A DNA stretch of 20,000 nt from the NCBI GenBank assembly GCA_000934665.2, contig KZ538383.1, forward strand, positions 56,631-76,630, given 5' to 3'. Each line of letters opens with the position of its first letter. Position 1 is the stretch's first letter. The notes beneath the pieces were generated by a model. The model was not told where the DNA came from. It saw nothing but the letters and a program-made list of their open reading frames with translations, and ran no database searches. Both the position numbers and the translations under genes were made by a program. Positions 10,964 to 20,000 of the stretch are shown in pieces. The stretch comes from Catajapyx aquilonaris (lineage: Eukaryota).

Positions 10964-12125
10964 CAGGGCCGCATTATCCACAAGGCTATATAGGCTGAAG
11001 CCTAGGGGCCCACCAAAAGCAGGGGCCCATCGCCATCACACATGCAAGTGTGCAACTTTTTTTTAAAGTGTTACTTGAACCCAAAAAAAATTTCGCCTGC
11101 GGCGGGCCCTCTCTTTGTAAAAGTTTGGGTATTTGGCTCCATCTCCGGGGGGTGATTACGCATGCACTTGTCACATCGCCGGTTCATTACTACATAGTTC
11201 TAACTCCACTTTTGATGAAGCGGAGATATTTGAATCCAAAGTTTGCACAGTACAACAATTAGACCATGAACATTCAAACGTAATGAGTTAATTTTTGCAA
11301 TGCTGTGGCTTACATACCCTACCCGTATCATGTGTTTCACTGTGCCAATGTCATTTGTCGTTGTCTGTAACAGCAGCAACAATGGTGGAGTTAGAACCTT
11401 TAAAATCACCTAATTTGAATTTTTTCAGAATCACAAAAGTCTAACTCCCGAGTTAGAACTTCATAACACTAACGAAAAGTGGCAATGTGGAGTTGCACCT
11501 CTTAAGTCACTACTTGGAGTTAGAACTATGTAAGTAATAAACCGGCGAAATGCATCCTGACCAGTTTTTTTTGGATAGGCCGATGGAGTTAGAAGTAGGT
11601 GCACCTCTTACGTCACTTTTTCTCAAAATAGGAGTTAGAACTATGTAGTAATAAACCGGCGAATCTCGTCACAAACTGTTCTGGCGAGGGGTCTTTTTCT
11701 GCTCTGAAACGTATTAAGAATTACCTGCATATCGCTCTGAAAGATGAAAAGCTCAACCATTTGGAAATAATGCACTTAAAATCATCTGTCCTCCGGAAAT
11801 TAAATTTTAACAAGGTTCTGGATCGGTTTGTTGAAAGATTACTGAGAAAAATGTTTCAGTAGCCGTGTACATAATATTATGTAGGCCTTTAGGGCCTATG
11901 TTAACCCTCACAGTACAGTCCCGGAATAAGTAATGCTTTGGTTAATGCTAATTAAAGGTTGTTTGATGAGATATTATTTTCTTTGTTACTCCATTAATTT
12001 CTTCATTTGTAACATTGTAATAAATGGCATGAAAGGAGAGCGTGATATTCGCGCGGGGGGGGGGGGGGGGGGGNGGGGGGGCACGGGCCCAAAGAAGCTC
12101 GAAGCCTAGGGGCCCAGCCATGGGT
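10964..12125. mobile_element. Non-autonomous DNA element with GGGGCCC subterminal repeats (likely hAT-derived), hosting a nested MITE
   Basis: Starts CAGGGCCGCATTATCC. GAAGCCTAGGGGCCCA is repeated near both ends (about 10997 and 12101). The right terminus is degenerate and no TSD was found. Confidence 0.55.
11176..11662. mobile_element. MITE with 32-bp TIRs and a duplicated right end
   Basis: TCGCCGGTTCATTACTACATAGTTCTAACTCC (11176-11207) is inverted at 11631-11662 (1 mismatch) and at 11516-11548 (1 mismatch, 1 insertion). Internal GAGTTAGAA repeats. TSD unclear. Confidence 0.85.
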
Positions 12126-13089
12126 TTCATGGTGGTTTCTACAAGTCACTGGTGGAACACACGTCTACAGAGATCAATGGCAACAGCCATTCCATTCAAA
12201 AGGATTCCAACCATATATCACCATTCCTGCTCTCTATTGGCAGTGATTATGGCCATCAGCAATTTACGGAATGCTCAACGGAACTGTATCAAGCACCAAA
12301 AGTTAATAAGGTCTTGTGCTAATGATAATTGCTTATGGGGTTAATTGATTAAAGAGAGCCGCATGATTTTTTCCTCTCTCTAATAAGTGAACAGGCCATC
12401 AAAACAGATCTTGTATACCTACTATTGGTCTGTGCAGTACAGTATATCTTTGGCGAAAATTGACTGAAGTTGGGTAAAGGTACAGGTACTGACGTACTGT
12501 ACATGTAACATCGTGGAAACAAATAGTAGCACGATCCTTTTCTCACTCTGTCTACAGGTCCTTTTCTCTCTCTTTCCATCCCAGAAAATGTTTTCCGAGC
12601 GTAGTGCAACATTATTTAAGTTTTAAGACATGTTTAACATAAGCCTACAGAAATGTCCAAGCCAAATCTTACCTTTGTCCCTCCCGCTGTCCCACCATCA
12701 CTTCACTACTCTACTTGACAGCGTGGTGTACAGTATTGTACAGTACTCGCATAGCTATTTAATCCAAGATCACGTTCTACTGCGCATGCACTCAACAGCT
12801 AGTGGATTGTGGCTGCGATAGCGGCTACAGACAATCTATTGCTCTGTGTTACAAAAGCAACCACATGGATGAAAAGATAGGAGGCTGAAGACCACCCCAC
12901 TGCAACTCTAACAACGTGACTGCAACTCTGGTGATATTTCCCGTTTTCACGGCAGATGGCGCGGATGGCAGTGAGGGACATGCTCATACCCAAACAGTTA
13001 CCAAACCCATTGGCTGGTTTCTCGGATAGTTAAAGAAAATTATGCCCGTTATGGTCAATTTGGTCATCAATTTTTTTGTGCAATAAATA

Positions 13090-13268
13090 CCGTATTTGAC
13101 GGCATATAAGAATAAGACGCACGTAACGTATAAGGCTCACCCTCATTTCAGCAGATCATATATTCAGGGGGGAAAAATGTTCTGTGTATTATTTTGCATA
13201 TAAGATGCATGGCGGTTTTTTGAGCAATTTTTTGGGGGAAAACGTGCGTATTACTGTATATGCCGTCA
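13090..13268. mobile_element. Degenerate Tc1/mariner-superfamily MITE (TA-CCGTATTT type)
   Basis: Left end TA CCGTATTTGACGGCATATAAG...TAAGACGCAC. The right end GTGCGTATTA...TATATGCCGTCA is inverted but lacks the last bases. Confidence 0.6.
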
Positions 13269-13793
13269 TTCTTATCCCAAGTTATATAGCCAAAAAATGT
13301 TAAGCGTTATGGGAGGGCGGGAAACGGAAATGTTTCCGGAGGACCAAAGTTGCAAATCGGACCTGTGCTGTGCCCATCAGGCATCAGCTGACTCGAAAGG
13401 AGATAGTTATAGTGATATATGGTACCATTGAAAAAGTATTCTTGCGGGTGTAAAGGATCCCACCAAACTGTATATATAAACCACCATTTACAGTTACCTT
13501 TTAAAAAATAGCCAGCTTGTTTTTCTTGAAACTCGTACCTATTTATGTAATGTATTAAGGTGTATTTTTAAGTTGCAAAGTGATACCAAGGTGATACACT
13601 GTTATCTGCATATTACTAGAAGCGCACGTTATTTAGTGACGAAATAATACCACTAACCTCCATGAAAATATGAGTTATACTACATAATTATACCTACCCG
13701 ATCGACATTAGGTCATCATATCATAAATAAAGTGCCTGATGAACAGTTATTTTTTCCCCTAAAACAACTCATAATGTCTCATATTTCTTGTAG

Positions 13794-14355
13794 GCGCAGG
13801 TGCAAGGCACATGTGCCGTGGCAGGTGTACAAGTGTAATTGACCTTATCTTATCGCTGCACACCTGCAATTGTTCCGTTCATAGTGGAAGAGTGACAGAG
13901 AAATGGAGAATGGAACAAGACGTGCAGTGGGTTGCCTGCAAACCGGCAAGCGACAAGGTGTCACCAGCGACGCCACGTGGGGAAATGGAAAAGTTGTCCA
14001 ACCGCTCCTACAGACCTGTACCGACTTCCGACTTCCCAACCCCTGTCCCAACCATTCTACAATGAACCTTACTAGCAGACATGGCGCCGCCGTTAGTAGT
14101 ACGAGACTACGAGCCAGTACGCGATCAACCGAAAATAGCCGGTGTGGAGTCTGATTTAGGAGACAGCAGTTGGAGGCCCAATGCAATGTCCAGCAGCTGC
14201 AGGCAGCTTTCCACAATATGAAGAAGGCTGATAGGAAGGCCGCTGCAAACAAGAACTGGTGGGGACCACACTGGCCCACCACTGGACAACCTGACCAAAT
14301 GCCATGCTGTGCTCTACATGGTTGATTATGATTGATGGGGTTGGGGTGAGAAATG
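13794..14355 (+). other. Candidate exon, non-coding or pseudogenic
   Basis: GC-richer block bounded by acceptor ATATTTCTTGTAG|G and donor ATG|GTAAGT. No frame is open across it and no protein is recognisable. Confidence 0.3.
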
Positions 14356-14672
14356 GTAAGTTGTGAATGCTGGCAGGTACACGTATAGCATAAGCCATAA
14401 GTGATATTATTATGTGCTAAAATCTCAGACTGCTATTGTCTTATTGGGGCAGGCTTGTAGGCATCGGCTTGTACGATGATGGTATGATGGTTCTGAGGAT
14501 GCTGGCAGTGATGCTGCAGACAAGCACAGACGACAGACAACATGTATCTCCAACCACTTGCGCCTGAAGTCATTCTCACTGACTGACATGTAAGGGTTCA
14601 TATACTGTATACCATTTGTTGGGGGTGCCCAGCGATGGACCCATGGGCTTTTTTGATGGTGAACAAATTGTT

Positions 14673-15205
14673 GCAGTAAAGATGAGCATGGGCAGGTACG
14701 TTGATCCTTCCTCTACTTGATAAGATGGGTAGGCACCTCCTTGCAACTTGTGCGCAGGTGCGGCAGCCGTCGAACAAGACTGAGTGGCGTGCCCGCCCAT
14801 ATCCCACCAGGAAAAGTTATGCCAGACAGAGAGTGTTGGTCACACAGACTAAGGCAGAAGTGAAGACACTGTTCGTAATTGCTGTGGTGTGTAGTCAGGG
14901 TCTCTGGTTGTCCTTCATGCTCACAAGCTTATTCCGAAATTGACGGCACCATATCACCACACTATTTTCTCGGACACGACATCTCCGGATCATACCCTCC
15001 CAAGAGCCAGCGATGAATGTCGTATGTCAAATGTCAGCCACTGGTAGCGATCATCTGTCCTCACTTCTGCCTTAGTTCATGTGACCAACACTCTCTGGCA
15101 TGACTTTTCCTGGAGGCACGGGCAGGCACACTCGGCTCGCCACTCAGTCTTGTCTAGCGGCTGCCGCACCTGCACTTAAGCTGCAAGAAGGCACCTATCC
15201 ATCTA
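14673..15205. repeat. Diverged inverted duplication: left arm about 14673-14870, right arm about 15055-15205, continuing at 18128-18176 beyond the retrotransposon
   Basis: CACTTCTGCCTTAGT..TGTGACCAACACTCTCTG..CGCCACTCAGTCTTGT..CGGCTGCCGCACCTGC matches the reverse complement of 14720-14870. AAGTAGTGGAAGGATCGACGTATCTGC (18133) matches the reverse complement of about 14692-14718. Confidence 0.85.
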
Positions 15206-16220
15206 AGATGAGAGCTGACTCTCTTCTGCAGGAGTATCCAGCAGTTTCACGTCCATTTCAACGAATACCGATGGATTTCGTTGGGCCGTTAACAACTTCC
15301 ATGAGTGGAAACAAACATATCCTAGTTGTCACTGATTTTTTCACAAAATTTGCCGAGGCATTCGCACTACCTGACCAAACTGCCGAAACTGTCGCAAAGG
15401 TAATGGTGTACAAAGTAATAGCCACGCATGGCGTACCAGCTGAGATGTTGACAGACAAAGGAAAAAATTTCACATCTAAACTCATGGATGAAATTTATAA
15501 ACTCTTAGGTGTGAGGGCTTTGCAGACTTCAGCCTATCACCCAGCCGGAAATGGACTCGTAGAGCGTTTCAACAAAACTCTTGTCGAAATGCTAAGTCAT
15601 TATGTTGACAAATACCAACAAAACTGGGATGTTGAAATACCGTTGGTCCTTATGGCTTATAGAGGTGCCATTCAAGAATCAACTGGTGAAACTCCTTTTT
15701 TTCTCAACCATGGACGTGACCTTATATTTCCATTCGATGACATTTTAAGGCGTGACAATTCTACCCCAACTAACACTTTCACACAAGGTCTTGTTACTAA
15801 ACTCCAAACAGCATACAAGATTGTAAAGGATAGAATCCATGACTCTTTTCTCAAGCAGAAAAAAAACCATGATCGTAGATTCCGCCACAAACACATTCGT
15901 GAAGGTGATCTAGTCTTGTTACATAAGCCACAATGTCCTCAGGGTCTGAGCAGAAAATTTGACAAACCTTGGGATGGTCCTTACCGAGTTGTCAAGCGAA
16001 GGAGCCCTGTCGTTTTTGAACTACAAAAGCGGGACAAACAGTTACTCTTGTGGCACATCGGGATCGCCTAAGAAAGTATTTTCCAGCGTGTCCCTTTCCA
16101 CAACAAGACAGAGACCAAACCTCCTCACAAGATCATCCCCCCACACCAACCATCACTTCTTCTTCACATCCATATAATTTAAGGCAAAGGTCCTACCCAG
16201 CTGGTTTTTACACTGAATAG
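15206..16220 (+). pseudogene. pol: Gypsy pol remnant: integrase catalytic core plus GPY/F C-terminus, one frameshift, HHCC domain missing
   Basis: Motifs PFQRIPMDFVGPL, LTDKGKNFTS, TSAYHPAGNGLVERFNKTL, STGETPFFL and KFDKPWDGPYRV. After a -1 shift near 16030-16038 the frame continues TVTLVAHRDRLRKY...HPYNLRQRSYPAGFYTE* to TAG at 16218-16220. Confidence 0.93.
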
Positions 16221-16425
16221 AATAATGGTTTATTCTTCAGTTGGAAAAATTTGTATATTTCTGATCCTAGAAATATGATAAATTTATGTTGCCTGGGTAT
16301 CGAAGAAAGAAAAAAAAAAATGATGAAAAAAAAACCGTTGTGTTGTTTTCTTATTAAAACAATCTCTATGGAGCTTCGTCTCCATAGAAACGGTTGTCCT
16401 GTTGATTATATTTTATAAAAATATA

Positions 16426-16875
16426 CAGGGTGGTCGGTAAATGGCGGACAAGCTTCAGGTAGCGAGATTCCTTGTGAAAAACCAGTAGATGGAAGTGAAG
16501 GTCATATTGCTCTGTGATGCATGGTTAGGGCTCACGAGGTCTCCAAAGTTTGGACCAAATCATGACGTCACATCCGCCCGCGAAATTTAAACAAAATGCC
16601 TGGCAACGTCCCTGCGAGTTTATACGGTTCCATTGTTTGGTGAAAATGTGGGGGATGTCAACATGGCAATGCCTGGTAACAAACCGTGTACTGCAACGAT
16701 ACGGTATTGTTTAAATTTCGCGGGCGGATGTGACGTCATGATTTGGTCCAAACTTTGGAGACCTCGTGAGCCCTAACCATGCATCGCAGAGCAATATGAC
16801 CTTCACTTCCATCTACTGGTTTTTCACAAGGAATCTCGCTACCTGAAGCTTGTCCGCCATTTACCGACCACCCTG
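16426..16875. mobile_element. Young 450-bp Tc1/mariner-type MITE inserted in the retrotransposon
   Basis: 169-bp TIRs (16426-16594 and 16707-16875) with one mismatch seen, CAGGGTG termini, and TA duplication at 16424-16425 and 16876-16877. Confidence 0.96.
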
Positions 16876-16935
16876 TATATGTCAACAAACATCATTTCCC
16901 TTCGAAACGTTGTTCGAAACAGACGTGTTTTTGAA

Positions 16936-17463
16936 ATGGGAAAAAAGTCAAAGATTAGGTCAAGGGGAGGACTCTTCTGCTACCGAGTAGTAGCCATACC
17001 ATCCCCGATGGCTCCATCACCACCATCTCCTAGTTCACCACCATCTCCTGGTTCACCACCATCACCACCATCTCCTGCTTCATCACCAGCACCTGATTCA
17101 CTGCAGTCCCCTTACTATCTGCCATGGACGCCAGAGCCTGCAAAGGAGGAGCGACGGACACCTGCGTGGGACCTGGCTGACCTCATCCCCAATCCGTTTG
17201 GAGCCGAAGAGGTGCGTCTCCAATACAGGAGTCATACCATCCAACGACGGGACTTCCACCGGGCTCGACACTGTGTCCCGTCGTTGGGGTCCGACCAGCG
17301 ATCTGGAGGAGAAGGTTGTGGCGGCCAGCGTGGTGGGACACCTCGTCTGGGGCACTACCCAGGGAGTGGACGGGGAAGCGGACGAGGAAGGTGCAGAAGA
17401 AAAGGTGTAGCGGCCCGATTGGACCACAACCCTTTTTCTAAAGAGAGAGGTAATGTAATGTAA
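16936..17463 (+). CDS. Extra post-pol ORF of the Gypsy element, Pro/Ser-rich, unknown function, possibly frameshifted
   Basis: Open frame 16879-17463 with ATGs at 16936 and 17008 and SPPSP repeats. An overlapping frame (RRWGPTSDLEEKVVAASVVGHLVWG...EEKV*) stops at 17410, just before the PPT. Confidence 0.5.
   Translation: MGKKSKIRSRGGLFCYRVVAIPSPMAPSPPSPSSPPSPGSPPSPPSPASSPAPDSLQSPYYLPWTPEPAKEERRTPAWDLADLIPNPFGAEEVRLQYRSHTIQRRDFHRARHCVPSLGSDQRSGGEGCGGQRGGTPRLGHYPGSGRGSGRGRCRRKGVAARLDHNPFSKERGNVM
17440..17450 (+). other. Polypurine tract
   Basis: AAAGAGAGAGG preceded by a T-run, 3 nt upstream of TGTAATG. Confidence 0.8.
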
Positions 17464-18127
17464 TGTAATGATACATGTATTCTGTTAACCACTTGTTTGT
17501 TGTTCTGTTGGCTACTTGTTTGTTAATGTAACTTGGATACAGGTTACCATGTATCCCAATGGTTAATTACCTGTTGGTCCACCTCCAAACACATATGTAA
17601 CAATATGTAGGCTATTTCGGTTGGACCTTATCAATAAACAAAGTCGGCCGACTATAAAAGGCTGGCCGTCCGGCTGATCGGGCGAGTTGTTGTTTGACCT
17701 TAGACGGGGTAAGAGCTCTCTCAGGTCTAATTGTCGGCAGTGACTCCCTGGTAACCGTACGCTTAAAACAATCAACCAGTCTTGTCAATGGGGGGTTGTA
17801 ACTGAAGAAGGAATACAGGCCTATCTTAACTGATGACCGGGCCAGCACTTTGTGCGCCGCCTAGTCTATCGGTCAGGAGGAAGGATTGGTCATAATTGGG
17901 CCAGCACTTTGTGCGCCGCCTGACTTATACCAATCCGGCTGTACTGGTTGTTATCGGGGCCAGCACCTTGTGCGCCGCCCGGACTAACGACCAGCGTACT
18001 TCCTTTAGCGACCTTAAAGTGCTTCCCCTGTACTGGCTATGGCCAGCGGAAGCCCGAACTGGGTCGGGGTGTACCTATTCCAACTGGTCACTCCCACAGC
18101 CATGTGTAATGCCAACCTGGCGTCACA
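17454..18127 (+). repeat. 3' LTR (about 674 bp)
   Basis: Begins TGTAATG after the PPT; the start is ambiguous because of (TAATG)4. Ends CGTCACA (5/7 inverted termini). TATAAAA at 17654. No second LTR in the window. Confidence 0.8.
17824..17999 (+). repeat. Array of three 23-nt repeats at 59-nt period forming three tandem RNA hairpins
   Basis: GGGCCAGCACYTTGTGCGCCGCC at 17839, 17898 and 17957. The two 36-nt spacers are dissimilar, and each half pairs across the neighbouring repeat. Confidence 0.85.
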
Positions 18128-18891
18128 CTATGAAGTAGTGGAAGGATCGACGTATCTGCTCATTCTCGTTTTTACCCTGTCCGTTGAATGGCGTCGAAAC
18201 TGCAGTATCGCGAAACTTATTCTCCGACTAGCCTCGTATTTAAAAAGCTAAGTATGCCAATTTGGTACTGATTCCATATGTGCATGACATGTGTATGGCG
18301 TTAGGCATCCTAGAAAATGAATTTTTGATAGCCAACAGGATGAGTCGTGTGTCCGTCCAGTGCACTAGACCTGTTTATGCTCTCATGACATGAGTCTTGG
18401 TAGCAAGCACGACTATTCTGTTGGCACACATGAATTGCACAGGGCATTTATGCCGTTCCGACTAGAATTGTGTGACGCATGTGCAACATCACGCAGCCAG
18501 CAGCATGAGTGCAAGAATTTCTTTGACTTGGTCATAGATAGGAGCAATGAGATATGTCATTGCACCATGTTATAAATGAATTTTTATGTTTTCAGTTGCC
18601 TGAGGAGCCATGTGATTTCATTTATGTGGATGAAGTTCAGCTGCCACCATCCAGCCCAGAAGATGGAAGAAGGAATGATCAGGCAGTGTTCATGTGACAT
18701 TGTCATGATGATTGTATTGTTGGCCATTTGGCACAACTGTCAGGTTATTGATAGTGACTGAGTTGAGTAAATTGTTGAGTTCATGGAATGATAACGTGTT
18801 CTGATTAACAGGCCGTTCGAAGGCCATTCAAGGGCTAACATTTCAATGATATATGGATTTGAAAATGGAATTGCTAAATTGTGATGTTTCA

Positions 18892-19050
18892 GGGGAGGCG
18901 GAGTGGCGCTGCGGTAGCGTATGTGCCAACGGATGGAAGGGTCCCAGGTTCAATCCCAGCCCGGGGTCTCCCCCCTTCATCTCGTGCAGTGTTGGGTTGT
19001 CTCTGACTTTGTCTCGGGTGGAATCTCCGATAGACTAATCCACCCGAGGA
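18892..19050 (+). mobile_element. tRNA-derived SINE (head and start of body; 3' end undetermined)
   Basis: A-box-like TGGCGCTGCGG (18904) and B-box GGTTCAATCCC (18947) at tRNA-like spacing, but no full cloverleaf. Body hairpin CTCGGGTGGA...TCCACCCGAG (19014-19049). Confidence 0.7.
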
Positions 19051-20000
19051 GTTCAGAAAATGTACCATTTGAGACAATGCACTTGCACTTTGCACATCCC
19101 CCTCCCAGTCACCCTGCCCTTGGACCAGGGCGATTCTTGAAAAGTTTCCCCAGAAAGGCCCAAAGATGGTCCAGCACAGGGTATTATAAAATTTTAAAAG
19201 TCATGTTTCATAAAATCCAGGTATTTGAATGTGGAGGAACCACACAATTGAGGTGCTCCGAGGAAGAACAGCATATCCCAACTGAAGTTCGTTTTTAGAA
19301 AAGTGGCTTTTTGTGTTTTGCTTTATCATGCAGCTAAAGCTACAGACAAATTTTACAAGTGGAATATGTGAGCTTTGACATGTCCCAATTCATTTGGTAC
19401 TTCAGCACATGAAAGGTAGATGGCAGGAGAGTACAGGACTACAAACTCAAAATTGGAGGTCCGTTGGGATATGCCGTTCTTCCTCTGAGCGCCTCATTTG
19501 TAAAGGATTACATGAAGCCCATAGCAATGTGGCATTTCAGAATCAGACATTGCACTAGTCAGCAGCATTTACAGGCCAGTCCACTCCTCCCCATGAAGTG
19601 CACGTTCCATGCTGGCCCCTTTCAAATGCTGGAACCCACCTCATAATTTTCCACTCACCATACGCTTCGTGCAATCCTTCATAGCACTGAGCATATGACA
19701 GGGCTGACGTGGCATTTGTTGAAGTTTCAGACAAAGAGAATATTGATAAACAGACTTTGATAGTTATCATACAAGACTCAGACATGGAATGGGGGTAGTA
19801 AATGGACCAATCTGAACACCCTGCTACAGAAATCAAGTGATTTTATGATTTCACTAGCTTTTGTCAAATCCATGCCCATTGCCAACCTCACAATATAATG
19901 CAATATCCCCATATATATAAAGCTCAAAATTTGTACATTTATTTATCACGCCTAATTAAGCCACTTCCCGGGTACGGAGAGCGCTCAAATTTCTCACAGC

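Larger units (their letters stand above)
15206..18127 (+). mobile_element. 5'-deleted Ty3/Gypsy LTR retrotransposon (integrase, extra ORF, PPT, 3' LTR)
   Basis: Integrase DDE core with a GPY/F module at the end of pol, polypurine tract at 17440-17450, and a TG...CA LTR. Host repeat sequence resumes immediately after 18127. Confidence 0.92.

Noticed and set aside
13794..14355. Selenoprotein-like readthrough: one frame is interrupted only by three TGA codons
   Set aside because: TGA is the likeliest chance stop in GC-richer DNA. No recognisable selenoprotein motif or SECIS was seen.
14651..14735. Chromodomain-like peptide (FDGEQIVAVK...FLYLIRWVG) on the + strand
   Set aside because: Needs a frameshift and a stop, lacks the downstream TWEP motif, and the substitution pattern between arms favours the opposite strand.
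17802..17885. Hammerhead ribozyme (retrozyme-like) suggested by CUGAAGA at 17802 and CUGAUGA at 17830
   Set aside because: No GAAA core segment follows a stem II in either case, and CUGAUGA is used in the hairpin 1 stem.
17839..17979. True CRISPR array (23-nt palindromic repeats, 36-nt spacers)
   Set aside because: Eukaryotic LTR context, no cas genes, only three repeats, and the spacer halves pair with each other across the repeats, which acquired spacers would not do.
18892..18975. Functional tRNA gene
   Set aside because: A and B boxes are present but the acceptor and anticodon stems do not form, and no T-run terminator follows.
19503..19679. 16-bp imperfect inverted repeat (19503-19518 vs 19664-19679)
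   Set aside because: Short, two mismatches, no TSD or inner pairing seen; may be chance or a very old relic.

Overview
Repeat-rich animal (probably marine invertebrate) genomic DNA, not prokaryotic. At the left edge is a minus-strand coding exon, missed by the ORF track because it runs off the window, encoding the N-terminus of a type II signal-anchor membrane protein behind a long uORF-containing leader. The middle is a patchwork of nested non-autonomous DNA transposons: hAT-type with 8-bp TSDs, Tc1/mariner-type, and foldback MITEs. At 15206-18127 is the 3' part of a Ty3/Gypsy LTR retrotransposon (frameshifted integrase, extra post-pol ORF, PPT, one LTR). It interrupts one arm of an older inverted duplication and itself carries a very young 450-bp MITE. 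A tRNA-derived SINE head lies near 18.9 kb. The most unusual signal is inside the LTR: three copies of a 23-nt motif at an exact 59-nt period with unique 36-nt spacers. This looks CRISPR-like but resolves into three tandem RNA hairpins with a conserved apical motif on stems of different sequence.
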